Origin: Candidatus Cloacimonadota bacterium
GTDB taxonomy: Bacteria > Cloacimonadota > Cloacimonadia > JGIOTU-2
Length of the DNA: 64,000 bases
Direction of reading: 5' to 3'
Assembly: GCA_049903315.1 (NCBI GenBank)
Contig: JBNGBT010000001.1
Location: 352,001 to 416,000 of the forward strand
In this document: positions 20,901 through 29,854 of the stretch, in pieces
How the letters are laid out: every line of letters starts with the position of its first letter
Position numbering within the stretch: position 1 is the first letter of the stretch
Made by a program: the position numbers and the translations under genes
Notes under the pieces: generated by a model
Databases searched by the model: none
What the model was told of the DNA's origin: nothing
The model's input: only the letters and a program-made list of their open reading frames with translations

Positions 20901-21520
20901 TGTCGGAGCGAACCGACCTGATATTTTACTTCGGAGATAATGTCATCGAGACGTATAAGGTCATTCTGCACAGAACTTAATTTATTTTCACATGTGCGCT
21001 GGCTTTGGTTATATTTCATTATGCCGGCAGCTTCTTCGAACAGATAGCGTTTTTCTTCATCAGAGCTGTTCAGCAGATCGTCGATCATTTTTTGCTCTAT
21101 AAAAGAGTATGCTCGACGTCCCATGCCCGTGTCGTAAAAGAGATTAAGGATATCTTTCAGACGGCAGGATTGTCCATTTATCATATATTCACTTTCACCA
21201 TCAACATAGAGCTTGCGTGTTATTTTTACTTCTTCATATTCAACAGGGAGGATTTTCTTATCATTTTCAATAATAATGGAAACTTCTGTAAAACTGTGCG
21301 CACTTCGCTTTCTTGTTCCTTTGAAAATAACATCACGCATTGTGCCGCCGCGAAGTCTTCTGGCATTCTGCTCACCCAGAACCCAGTGGATTGCATCAGA
21401 AATATTTGATTTTCCACATCCATTTGGGCCGACAATCCCAGTTAGTCCTTTAGAAAAACTAAATTTTATTGGTTCGCCAAAGGATTTGAATCCGACAATT
21501 TCAAGTTGAGATAATTTCAA
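17999..21520 (-). CDS. smc: Chromosome segregation protein SMC
   Basis: GFKSF, Walker A GPNGCGKSN, long coiled coils, hinge, LSSGEK signature and LDEIDAPLDD Walker B/D-loop. Confidence 0.97.
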   Translation of the reverse strand: MKLSQLEIVGFKSFGEPIKFSFSKGLTGIVGPNGCGKSNISDAIHWVLGEQNARRLRGGTMRDVIFKGTRKRSAHSFTEVSIIIENDKKILPVEYEEVKITRKLYVDGESEYMINGQSCRLKDILNLFYDTGMGRRAYSFIEQKMIDDLLNSSDEEKRYLFEEAAGIMKYNQSQRTCENKLSSVQNDLIRLDDIISEVKYQVGSLRHQVGKAKRYQNINNSINTIKIQIAGIDFFKMHKQLAPMNEKFLELEEKITLNSKDLSKCEAEFTTKEREHLAIEDKLKQEQAKQREIEEAINSFEKQILLNKQQITNNKNKLEDNQERIKVIKLQKESGSDVLDQEYKKIKEAQESLIFQKEQAEKLEKKLAEIKENVQELYKENDDIYSKINEFQSKKQKLLNEQNELETRQRLITEQVNRIAEKINDYQNKYEKFCELVTEHEKKQQQSTQSLQAIRDKSISHEKSLEDLNKKELKLRDESHDFLFRIKALENEKQQLKEWERNFAGYSDGTKALLEKFKDRKLTTLAENISVKDEYAGLIEQALRNILLSAICEEQDIQELVSYLQKEKLTSQLIIKNTGQKKNPQMIKIENAVPLIEILTFKTEIVHPKLLENYYIVENRDIALTLTNQYQNDDKILYFITRTGEIYSNRGMVTTHWIDSSSKGLLSRKAELHNIDKKISGLQGENAKILRSIEEIIAKKSQINEQIKILTKDIALTSDQLEKDQKQLINITIQRDNFQELVRDNKQQLSEIETQQSEILEGLDAVEVKLGEIPVQEEKALQQKLESVQASLKVTRKEQYRYEELVNDQKIEVTKLDKDIAYINQNIIRIKETALANEQELEKLQNSIEPLKKEIEDLLEETEKYEISFKKKVDELHTFKEKNVSIENEFHELRKKLDTLKMTLHDLEYKKEVFSRDKNEIELKIQETKLKIEHLKDDVIQHYHHDLSHDRAEDYEELNTVELQTDREKQEKRLENLGPINLAAINDYETQKKRLEFLNEQRTDLVDSKTNLQEAISQLNETAEKMFMNTFTIIQKNFDSIYKEIFNGGKGVLKLENPSDPLNSKIEIYSNPKGKKITNISLLSSGEKALTAIALLFSIYLVKPSPFCILDEIDAPLDDSNVGRFLQLVNKFSSDTQFLIITHNKRTIEAVDYLYGITMEEEGVSKIVSVKLD

Positions 21521-21540
21521 TGAAACTCCTAAACAATAAT

Positions 21541-23226
21541 TTAAAAACCTGTTTCCAGTCCAAAATGCACTGTGCCCTGCAAGGGACTTGTCCAGACGCC
21601 GTCCTGATAACCGATTCCGTAATCTATTTTTATAATGCCGATCTTGCTTTTGAGACGAACTCCCAGACCAACACCAATCAGACTTTTATATTCTTTGCAA
21701 TAACCATAATCAACAAAAACAAACGCACGTGAATCACGTGATAGCAGGTATCTGTACTCAAAACTGATGATGCCGAATTTGGCAGCAGTGAATTGATTGT
21801 CAACAAATCCTCTTAAGCTTTCATATCCCCCAAATGAGTATTTATCGTAATTTGAAAGGATGTCATTTTTTGTGAAGATGAGTTTGGTGAGCCCTTTTAA
21901 ATAAAAAACATTATAATAATTCAAGGGAATTATACATTCGATTTCTTCAGAAATAAATTGGTCATAGGATTTTTTAGAGCGCCATCGTATCGTGTAGTGA
22001 GTCGAATTTTTATATCCATTTCTCGGATTGACCGGATAGTCGAATTTGTTGATCTCGAGCATTGCGCCCACTCCATTTCTGTCTATACTTACTGTGTCTT
22101 CAATGGAGCTGCTGTAGGTATATTGGAGCCCGATCCTGCTGTAATTTTTCATAGTAAAGAATGATGCTATCTGAAGATCGGTGTTCACATAGGTCGTGTC
22201 CACTGTTTTTCTTCGGAGGGATCCCTCTGCTGAGATTTGTTGAGCTAGAATAAATGGCTCACGATAGGATATATAAAATTCTGAAGATTTGGAAGTCAGT
22301 TTGTTCCATTTGAGCTGCACTTCTCTGTCGGTTCCAAGAATGTTGAGAAATGAAAAATCAATAAATCCGGTAAGACGTTCCATAAAAGGGATATCTTCTT
22401 TTGAAGAAGCAAGTCCGAGCACACCCTGAAAGTGATTCATGCTTTTTTCTTTGATGGTGACCATTATCTGCCAGTTATTCAAGGGTATGATCACTGCTGA
22501 TTCAATATATTTTTTTTGTATCAGGTTATACTTTGCCCGTGCTATTTTTCTTGAGTCGTATATTTCATTTTCTTGAAAATTCAGAATAAGCTTGAGTGTT
22601 TTTTCTTTCGTGATCGTATTACCTTTGAAAATGATGTCAGAGATACGCACGAGTTCATTTTCCTTGATATTATAATTGAGAAAAAGAGAATCCTCTGAAA
22701 TTCTTAGACTATCCAGAGTCACTTTGCAGAACGGATACCCTTTCTCGGAATATATAGTTGCGATCATCTTCATGTCATAATTTGCTTTTTGGATGCTGAA
22801 TGGGGAATCCTTGTGCATAGAAAGGTAGGTCTGGAGTTTTTCCTGAGTGAAATATTTATTTCCATTAAAGGTTATATCTGCGACAAGAAGTCTTAGACCT
22901 TCATCAATGTTCAGTTTGATCGTGACGCCTTTTCCGTCATGGGAGGGAATTACTTCAGGAGGGGATATTGTTGTGAGATAAAATCCCCGCGAGAAATAGA
23001 GCTGAAGTATATTTGCGAGGTTTTGATTTAATATCTCATAGGAAAATTGTTCCTCAGTTTGAAGATCAAGAGCTTGTATGATCTCGGCATCAGTAAAATG
23101 TGTATTACCGGAGACTTCAATTGATTTGATGAGCAATTCGTTTGCGAATAGAGTAAATTTTGTAAATAAAAGAGATAAACTTATTATGAAAAAATAGAAA
23201 ATTGTTTTATTTATTTTTCTTTTCAT
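21541..23226 (-). CDS. BamA/TamA (Omp85) family protein with POTRA domains
   Basis: Signal peptide, three I.F.GN POTRA-like repeats, GGYESLRGF (VRGF-like) motif, EYRY and C-terminal Phe. Confidence 0.85.
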   Translation of the reverse strand: MKRKINKTIFYFFIISLSLLFTKFTLFANELLIKSIEVSGNTHFTDAEIIQALDLQTEEQFSYEILNQNLANILQLYFSRGFYLTTISPPEVIPSHDGKGVTIKLNIDEGLRLLVADITFNGNKYFTQEKLQTYLSMHKDSPFSIQKANYDMKMIATIYSEKGYPFCKVTLDSLRISEDSLFLNYNIKENELVRISDIIFKGNTITKEKTLKLILNFQENEIYDSRKIARAKYNLIQKKYIESAVIIPLNNWQIMVTIKEKSMNHFQGVLGLASSKEDIPFMERLTGFIDFSFLNILGTDREVQLKWNKLTSKSSEFYISYREPFILAQQISAEGSLRRKTVDTTYVNTDLQIASFFTMKNYSRIGLQYTYSSSIEDTVSIDRNGVGAMLEINKFDYPVNPRNGYKNSTHYTIRWRSKKSYDQFISEEIECIIPLNYYNVFYLKGLTKLIFTKNDILSNYDKYSFGGYESLRGFVDNQFTAAKFGIISFEYRYLLSRDSRAFVFVDYGYCKEYKSLIGVGLGVRLKSKIGIIKIDYGIGYQDGVWTSPLQGTVHFGLETGF

Positions 23227-23261
23227 AAAATATTTACCAATTCCTCACAACCTGAAACCGT

Positions 23262-23291
23262 TGTCATTCCCGAGTGTTATCCGAAATCCAG
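23262..23291. repeat. Degenerate REP-like palindrome remnant
   Basis: TGTCATTCCCGAGTGTTATCCGAAATCCAG resembles the GTCATTCCCG...CGGGAATCCAG class of small palindromic repeats, with a decayed right arm. Confidence 0.4.
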
Positions 23292-23313
23292 TAATCACAA
23301 ATTATCTGGAAAA

Positions 23314-24666
23314 TCAATACTTATACAATACCGTAAACTTAAAATTAACCTTATCCTCAGCAGGTACGTACACCTGGAATTCTAATGTATAGGCATCTTT
23401 TTTTGTGTAGGCAATATCCGATTTTGTGATCGTCCAGTTTGTACCAAGACTTCGAGTCACTTCAATGGTGACCGGTTCTTTTTTCTGATTGCGGATCTCA
23501 CACTCATATATTTCTTCGCGGGATTTCTGGCTTGGCCGGGTGCTTTCTAAAAGTATGCATTCACCTTTAATATCGAAGGCAGTGCCAATCGTGATCTCGA
23601 CCTCTTCATTGCGAGGAGTATGTTCGATAAAATCCTCACCAACAAATTCTGCTGCATCATTATCCTGAGTTTTAAAAATACGCAATTTCCCCATTGGCAG
23701 TGGGATTCCAAGACCTGATTTCTCATCATTCTTGAAGCTGATTAGCACAGAAATATCATTTCCATAGTTTGCATTATAGCGATATATTTTTATAACGTTC
23801 ACATCGGTAGGATCGAAAAGAGAGAGCTGCTTCTGCTGGTTGTTATTGATATCTACAGTTTTGTTTTCCAGCGTATAAAGGTGATATTCAAAGAATTCCT
23901 TTTCAGTTATCTGTGGTTCTTCAAAACCTCCATATCCCTCTGCTTTCATAACCATGTCACGAGGCATATTCGGATACTCGGGAGCGAGATTCACATCACC
24001 AGCCATCAGCTTCAGGGTCACATCCTGGAATGCTTTTCCTGAATTATTGTTGAGAGAAATCCATGATGAAAGATTGAGATGTTCATCATCATTATCAAGA
24101 ATGCCGACATACTGAGCATCCCATGAAATACCATTGGTAATGTAGCTGAGTTTACAGGGTGTATCACCGGATTTATTGGATAACAATTCCCAGTTCAAGG
24201 TGGGTTTTGTATAGAAATTTTTGGGCATTTCCGCAAGATCAATGGTTTGGATTTCATCTCGATTTACCATATGAATGCCGCTCATTGAATTCTCTATCAC
24301 AATTGTATCATAGTCAAAGGACTTAAGGATACCGCTGTAGAGGTCGCCGCTTTTTACAACAATAGAAATACTTTTATCCAGATATTTATTTAAAATTTTA
24401 TTTGTATTCGCTAGATCATACTCGAAGTTTTGCTGTGTAATGATGACCTTATCAGAAGCTTTAATCGGTTCAAGATGAACGGATGTTGTTTGTATCGCTG
24501 CGGGAATATCATCATAGTTATAGAGGTTCAATCCCTTTTGAAGCATGATTGAAATCTCACTCCGTACTGTGGCAAAGTTCTGATTGTACACGGTCATATC
24601 TGTTGCAGTCAATGTGGCTGTACAGATAATAAAAATTCCAGTTATAGTTATGATATATTTTTTCAT
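23314..24666 (-). CDS. DUF4139-domain exported protein
   Basis: Signal peptide, TVYNQNFATV, QNFEYDL, LSYITNGISWDAQY, LMAGDVN, EYHLY and GLGIPLPMG motifs typical of this family. Confidence 0.8.
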   Translation of the reverse strand: MKKYIITITGIFIICTATLTATDMTVYNQNFATVRSEISIMLQKGLNLYNYDDIPAAIQTTSVHLEPIKASDKVIITQQNFEYDLANTNKILNKYLDKSISIVVKSGDLYSGILKSFDYDTIVIENSMSGIHMVNRDEIQTIDLAEMPKNFYTKPTLNWELLSNKSGDTPCKLSYITNGISWDAQYVGILDNDDEHLNLSSWISLNNNSGKAFQDVTLKLMAGDVNLAPEYPNMPRDMVMKAEGYGGFEEPQITEKEFFEYHLYTLENKTVDINNNQQKQLSLFDPTDVNVIKIYRYNANYGNDISVLISFKNDEKSGLGIPLPMGKLRIFKTQDNDAAEFVGEDFIEHTPRNEEVEITIGTAFDIKGECILLESTRPSQKSREEIYECEIRNQKKEPVTIEVTRSLGTNWTITKSDIAYTKKDAYTLEFQVYVPAEDKVNFKFTVLYKY

Positions 24667-25295
24667 TCTTCCTCGCTTTCTTGTAAGATTTGTTTTATTT
24701 TAGATACGATCATATCAATTGCAATTGCATTCATGCCACCTTCGGGCACAATTATATCAGCAAATCTTTTTGATGGTTCCACAAACTCAAGATGCATCGG
24801 ACGCACGGTTTTCATATATTGATTGTACACAGACTCGAAGGTGCGCCCGCGATCTTTAATATCTCGTTTGATCCTTCTCAGAATGCGTACATCAGCATCA
24901 GTATCAACAAATATTTTGATGTCCAGCAGATTGCGCAGCTCCTTGTTTTCAAAGACGAGAATTCCCTCAAGCATGATTACTTTGTGGGGTGAAATAGGAA
25001 TGGTTTGCTTCATTCTCAAGTGAGTGGCAAAATCATACTGGGGCATTTCGACAGGGACATCATTTTTAAGGTTGCTCAGGTGCTTCATGAGAAGTTGAGT
25101 GTCAAAAGCATCAGGATGGTCAAAATTGATGTTTTTGCGTTCATCAAAACTCAGTTCTTTATGAGATTTGTAATACGCGTCCTGTTTGATAATGAGTACA
25201 TTCGGCTCATTAAGCTCTTCAATGATCCTCTCTGCCAGAGTTGTTTTTCCCGATCCTGTACCGCCTGCGATTCCAATAATAATATTCTTGCTCAT
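24663..25295 (-). CDS. udk: Uridine kinase
   Basis: IGIAGGTGSGKTT, NFDHPDAFD, RRIKRDIKDRGR and FVEPSKRFADII. Confidence 0.95.
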   Translation of the reverse strand: MSKNIIIGIAGGTGSGKTTLAERIIEELNEPNVLIIKQDAYYKSHKELSFDERKNINFDHPDAFDTQLLMKHLSNLKNDVPVEMPQYDFATHLRMKQTIPISPHKVIMLEGILVFENKELRNLLDIKIFVDTDADVRILRRIKRDIKDRGRTFESVYNQYMKTVRPMHLEFVEPSKRFADIIVPEGGMNAIAIDMIVSKIKQILQESEEE

Positions 25296-25343
25296 AGTAC
25301 CTTCATGTTTCGAGTTTATGTGAGTATTTTGTCAATTTTCAAG

Positions 25344-26243
25344 TTATTTTCTGTCACCATGCGGGTGAGCTGTTTTATATACTTCTTTTAATTTCTGCAT
25401 GGAAGTATGGGTATATACTTCGGTCGATGTCAAGCTGCTGTGCCCGAGAAGTTCCTGCACGGAGCGCAAGTCAGCGCCGTGATCCAGCATATGCGTGGCA
25501 AAGGTGTGCCGCAGTGTGTGAGGACTGTAATTTTTTGATTTTTCAATTACTTTCAAATATTTATTCACAATATATCTGAGTTCGTCAGCAGAAAGGGGAT
25601 TTCCGTTTTTTGAAAGAAAAAATTCGGGAACATCCACAGTTTTGATAAAAGAATCTCTAATTTTCAGATATTTTTCTAGAGCTGCAATCGCATAGCTTCC
25701 CATCGGAATGATCCTGGTTTTAGAACGTTTCCCAAGTACTTTGATCTGATTTTGCCTGAAATCCACATCTTTGATCTTGAGACCTGCAAGCTCTCCGATA
25801 CGGATGCCCGTGCTGTACAGCAGCTCAAGAATTGCAAGGTTTCGAATGCCATATATGTCTTCCTGATCAGGAATCTGCAGCACGAAGCGCATATCATTTT
25901 CCGTAAGAAAGGTGGCAGCATGTTTCTCAAATTTGGGGATTTTAATTTCAATGAGAGGATTGTGCGCTGTAAATCTATTCTGTATCATGTAAGAAAAAAA
26001 TGCTTTGATCGAGATAACCTTCCGCGCGAGAGTTCTGTTGCCATCCTTTTGTTCACTCAGATTCTGTAGAAAATCACGAAACATTGATTTATTTATCTCT
26101 TCGATAATGACATTTTCATCCGGGAAAAATTTCTTTATGAATTCAAAAAATTGTTCCACATCTCCGAGATATGCACGAAGTGTATGTTTTGAGTAATTTT
26201 GTGATATGAGGTATTCTTTGTATTTCTTAATTATTTTTTCCAT
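25344..26243 (-). CDS. xerC: Tyrosine recombinase XerC/XerD
   Basis: YSTGIRIGEL, PHTLRHTFATHML, GADLRSVQELLGHSSL and Y...HP. Housekeeping context with no mobile-element genes. Confidence 0.85.
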   Translation of the reverse strand: MEKIIKKYKEYLISQNYSKHTLRAYLGDVEQFFEFIKKFFPDENVIIEEINKSMFRDFLQNLSEQKDGNRTLARKVISIKAFFSYMIQNRFTAHNPLIEIKIPKFEKHAATFLTENDMRFVLQIPDQEDIYGIRNLAILELLYSTGIRIGELAGLKIKDVDFRQNQIKVLGKRSKTRIIPMGSYAIAALEKYLKIRDSFIKTVDVPEFFLSKNGNPLSADELRYIVNKYLKVIEKSKNYSPHTLRHTFATHMLDHGADLRSVQELLGHSSLTSTEVYTHTSMQKLKEVYKTAHPHGDRK

Positions 26244-26917
26244 GTGATTGGTATCGCATAGGGGATTGGGTCGGGGTAACCAACTTTCTGGAATGCAGTA
26301 ATACGCAAAGTGCAGCTTTCACATACTCCGCACGCCTTTTCCTCATTTTGGTAGCAGGACCATGTCAGATGGAGTGGTGCATGTAATTCCAAGCCAATCT
26401 TTACAACTTCTGCTTTTGTATTGTGCAGAACGGGCGTTTCAATTTCGATATGCGTGTCAGGTTTTGTGCCCTGCTCGATCGTTTTATTGAAACTTGTGAA
26501 GAAACTTTCCCTGCAATCTGGGTAACCGCTGCTGTCCTCCTCCATCGCACCAATAAATATTTTTTTTGCACCTATAACCTCTGCCCAGGACGTTGCAATT
26601 GAGAGCAGATTTGCATTCCGGAAAGGAACATAGGTCGAAGGAATGTCATTATTGCTGCTTTTTTCTGGAATCGTGAGAGCTTCATCGGTCAAACTCGAAC
26701 CACCAATTTTTTGAAGATAGCCAATATCCACATTCAGAAAGTCTTTGACTTTATAATATTCTGCAATATCCTTAAATGCCTTCTCTTCCCGCTTATCGGT
26801 TAGCTGCCCGTAATTCACATGCAATAGGCATACATAATAATTTTCCTGTGCAATTGCTGTGACTACACAACTGTCCAATCCTCCGCTGAGGAGTACGATC
26901 GCTTTTTCTTTTTTCAT
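26231..26917 (-). CDS. queC: 7-cyano-7-deazaguanine synthase QueC
   Basis: LLSGGLDS, YGQ, TYVPFRN, SGYPDCR and TWSCY...CGVCESC. Start taken at MKKEKAIV. Confidence 0.95.
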   Translation of the reverse strand: MKKEKAIVLLSGGLDSCVVTAIAQENYYVCLLHVNYGQLTDKREEKAFKDIAEYYKVKDFLNVDIGYLQKIGGSSLTDEALTIPEKSSNNDIPSTYVPFRNANLLSIATSWAEVIGAKKIFIGAMEEDSSGYPDCRESFFTSFNKTIEQGTKPDTHIEIETPVLHNTKAEVVKIGLELHAPLHLTWSCYQNEEKACGVCESCTLRITAFQKVGYPDPIPYAIPITWKK

Positions 26918-27034
26918 GATGTCCAACTGTTTGGATGCATTCAGGATTGACAAGAAATTTATGAAAGGAAAAAGAGTTAACCACGAAAACACGAAAGAGC
27001 AAGAAAAGTTTTGAAGTATGGATTATGACATTTC

Positions 27035-27062
27035 ATTAGTAATTAGAAATTAGGATTTAGGA
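27035..27062. repeat. Short degenerate heptamer tandem array in the divergent queC/dusB intergenic region
   Basis: ATTAGTA ATTAGAA ATTAGGA TTTAGGA. Confidence 0.5.
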
Positions 27063-27118
27063 TTTTTATTTATCGAAATAGTTGCCACACAAGCATGATC
27101 TATTACTATATATGAAAA

Positions 27119-28084
27119 ATGAAAACAACAGATATTTTTCATGGAAAACTTTGGCTTGCACCCCTTGCAGGATATACTGATTACGTATATCGTAAAATAT
27201 GCAAACGGTTCGGTGCAGAGGTCGTGCTCTCCGAAATGATCAGTGCAGATGCACTTATTCACAGAAACCGAAAAACGGAAAAACTGGCTGAGTTCGATGA
27301 AACAGACAGACCGATCGGATTGCAGGTATTCAGTAATACTGCTGATAAAATTGTGAAAGGGATTCAACTGCTTCAAAAATTTGAGCCGGATTTCTTTGAT
27401 ATAAATATGGGCTGCCCCATTAAAAAAGTTGTGAAGAACGGTTCCGGCGCTGCACTTCTGAAAAATCCCAAAGAAGTCACCTTAATAGTGCGAAAGACAC
27501 GACAATTATTAAAAGATTTCCTCTTCACAGTCAAAATCAGGATCGGCTGGAATTCCGATGAGCATTTTGATGAAATCGTGAAAATTATTGAAGATGAAGG
27601 AGCGTCTGCAGTTATTATCCATCCCCGCACACGGAGTCAGTTGTTTTCCGGTAAAAGCGACTGGGGTTATATACAGAGAGCAACAGAATTAGTGAAAATT
27701 CCAGTGATCGGAAACGGCGATATACTTACTTCTAAGGACGGAATCCGTATGTTCAAAGAAACCGGTTGTGACTCTGTTATGATTGGGCGGGGAGCACTCG
27801 GGAATCCATGGCTGTTTTCTCAGATCAAAGAAGAAATGGGAAATAAAAAAAGTATTCAACCTGGAATAACAGAGCTAATGAATTTGATGAAAGAGCACCT
27901 GCTGGCAAGTGTGGAATTTTATGGAGAATCAACTGCGATCAAATTGTTCAGAAAGTTTGTTCCCTTTTATACTAAGGGATTGCGCGGCTCATCCCATCTT
28001 CGGGATCAGGTAAACCATCTTCTCTCAAAAAACAAGATTATTGACGTGATAAATTCATTTGAACAGAGTGTATTCAATGGATAA
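27119..28084 (+). CDS. dusB: tRNA-dihydrouridine synthase DusB
   Basis: LAPLAGYTD, DINMGCP, GSGAALL, VKIRIGW, HPRT, GNGDI and MIGRGALGNPW. Confidence 0.93.
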   Translation: MKTTDIFHGKLWLAPLAGYTDYVYRKICKRFGAEVVLSEMISADALIHRNRKTEKLAEFDETDRPIGLQVFSNTADKIVKGIQLLQKFEPDFFDINMGCPIKKVVKNGSGAALLKNPKEVTLIVRKTRQLLKDFLFTVKIRIGWNSDEHFDEIVKIIEDEGASAVIIHPRTRSQLFSGKSDWGYIQRATELVKIPVIGNGDILTSKDGIRMFKETGCDSVMIGRGALGNPWLFSQIKEEMGNKKSIQPGITELMNLMKEHLLASVEFYGESTAIKLFRKFVPFYTKGLRGSSHLRDQVNHLLSKNKIIDVINSFEQSVFNG

Positions 28085-28958
28085 TCTAATTAAAGCAAAG
28101 CTCCTTGAAGCAGAGCATCATGGCAAAAAAAACTGGCTTCTTGCAGAAGAGATACTGCATGAACTTATTGCTGATCATCCGAACACATTCAAAGCATATG
28201 AGATATTGTATCTCATCTATATGCAGCACGGATTATTCAAAAAAGCAGAAAAGATACTCGTAAAAGGACTTGTTGTTTTTCCGAATAATAATCAATTAAA
28301 TTTTTTGATGGGAAATGTCTATCTCACTCAAAAAGGCAAAGCACATAAAGCATTGGAGTGGTACTTAAAAATTCATATTGAAACTCCAGAAATGCTTTTT
28401 AATAAATCCGTTGCACTTGTGTATCTGGACAGGAGAAAAGAAGCGGTTACCTATTTTAAAGAGATCATGCCGTACTTCAACAACCTTGTTTCAAGTTATA
28501 CATTCCTTGCAGAGCAATATGTAGCGCTCAAAGAATGGGATAATGCAATCTCAGTACTGATAAGTGCAGAAAATAAATTCCCCACAAGTAAAGAAGTAGC
28601 CCTCCTCATCGCAAAATGTTATGATAATAAAAAAAACTGGATCCAGGCATTTATTTATTTCGACAAAGCTGCCCGTTTGGGATATGAAAGTGCGGAGTTT
28701 TTCAATGAATTTGCACATTGCTGCTATAACATGGGTGATATAAAAAAGGCGATCGAACACTATAAAGCAAGCATTCAGAAAAACATATTTTTTATTAAAT
28801 CCTACATCGATCTGAGCAAGATTTATATTGCAGAGAAAGATTTCAACAGCGCGAAGAAATACCTTCATATCGCCCAAAAGATCGATCCGCTCAACATATA
28901 CATCACTCTCGCTTCAGAGCGCTTGCGTAGGATCTTTAACAAGGATGAAAAAAAATAA
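28077..28958 (+). CDS. Cytoplasmic TPR-repeat protein
   Basis: TPR-like repeats, no signal peptide. The ATG at 28077 overlaps the dusB end. Confidence 0.75.
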   Translation: MDNLIKAKLLEAEHHGKKNWLLAEEILHELIADHPNTFKAYEILYLIYMQHGLFKKAEKILVKGLVVFPNNNQLNFLMGNVYLTQKGKAHKALEWYLKIHIETPEMLFNKSVALVYLDRRKEAVTYFKEIMPYFNNLVSSYTFLAEQYVALKEWDNAISVLISAENKFPTSKEVALLIAKCYDNKKNWIQAFIYFDKAARLGYESAEFFNEFAHCCYNMGDIKKAIEHYKASIQKNIFFIKSYIDLSKIYIAEKDFNSAKKYLHIAQKIDPLNIYITLASERLRRIFNKDEKK

Positions 28959-29854
28959 TGAACAAGAGAATATTAATATTAATTCTTGCACTTTTACTCT
29001 CCGCTTTTATATGGTTTGAGATCAATCTTACAAAAGTACAGAAGGTAGATATACAATTGCCGATTACGATTTCCAATGCTCCTTCCGCGCTGGTGCCCAT
29101 CACAATAGAGCCGGAAACGATAGATTTCACAGTTGAAGGCAGAGGGCAGGATATCATGGGATACAATCTGAAAAAATTTGTGTATCATATTGATCTTAAG
29201 GACGTGCATTACGGAAGAAACTACCTGCCCATTGCCTATGATGCTCTCGAGGGTATTGAGGAATTCAATCTCAATATTTTATACAAACCGCCCTCTAAAG
29301 ATATTCTCATAGTCATGGACAATATGAATACGATGATAATTCCAGTTGTAATGGCGTTTGCGGATGAAGAGAGCCAGCAGTATTTTTTAGAAAACGAACT
29401 TGAGATAAAACCTGAAGAAATTCAAGTAACAGGTCCACAGTCTATTATTACTCAGATCGAAGCGATCGTGACAACACCTTATAATATGATGGATCATGTC
29501 AATGACCCGCATCTGAGTGTTATCCAGCCGCAAGCCCCGATGGTTTCCTATGATACTTATACGTTAGACATCACAAAGATGGAGCCGAAGATCATCCAGA
29601 AGACGATCTCGCTTATCCCGATTGATACATCAGACGGTATCGAGATCTTTCCTTCTTCTGTGAGTATAAAAGTTTCGGGAGAGCAGGAGTTCGTGAGCAT
29701 TCTCGAAGAGAAGGATATATTTGCAAAAGTAGAATTGCCGGACTCTTTCAAAGTTGATGACGTCATACCAGTTACTGTGGAATTACCGGCAGGGATCGAT
29801 CTGCTTGGACAGACTCCCACGCAAGTTCGCATCAAATCGATTCCAAATAAGTAA
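28958..29854 (+). CDS. YbbR/CdaR-like membrane-anchored protein
   Basis: N-terminal TM helix ending in W and repeated P..V.V.G-type YbbR modules. Confidence 0.7.
   Translation: MNKRILILILALLLSAFIWFEINLTKVQKVDIQLPITISNAPSALVPITIEPETIDFTVEGRGQDIMGYNLKKFVYHIDLKDVHYGRNYLPIAYDALEGIEEFNLNILYKPPSKDILIVMDNMNTMIIPVVMAFADEESQQYFLENELEIKPEEIQVTGPQSIITQIEAIVTTPYNMMDHVNDPHLSVIQPQAPMVSYDTYTLDITKMEPKIIQKTISLIPIDTSDGIEIFPSSVSIKVSGEQEFVSILEEKDIFAKVELPDSFKVDDVIPVTVELPAGIDLLGQTPTQVRIKSIPNK

Noticed and set aside
25344..26243. Tyrosine recombinase as a prophage or ICE integrase
   Set aside because: It has the size and motifs of chromosomal XerC/D, sits among housekeeping genes, and has no att sites or mobile genes nearby.
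26918..27118. preQ1 riboswitch upstream of queC
   Set aside because: No recognisable preQ1 aptamer stem with its A-rich tail.
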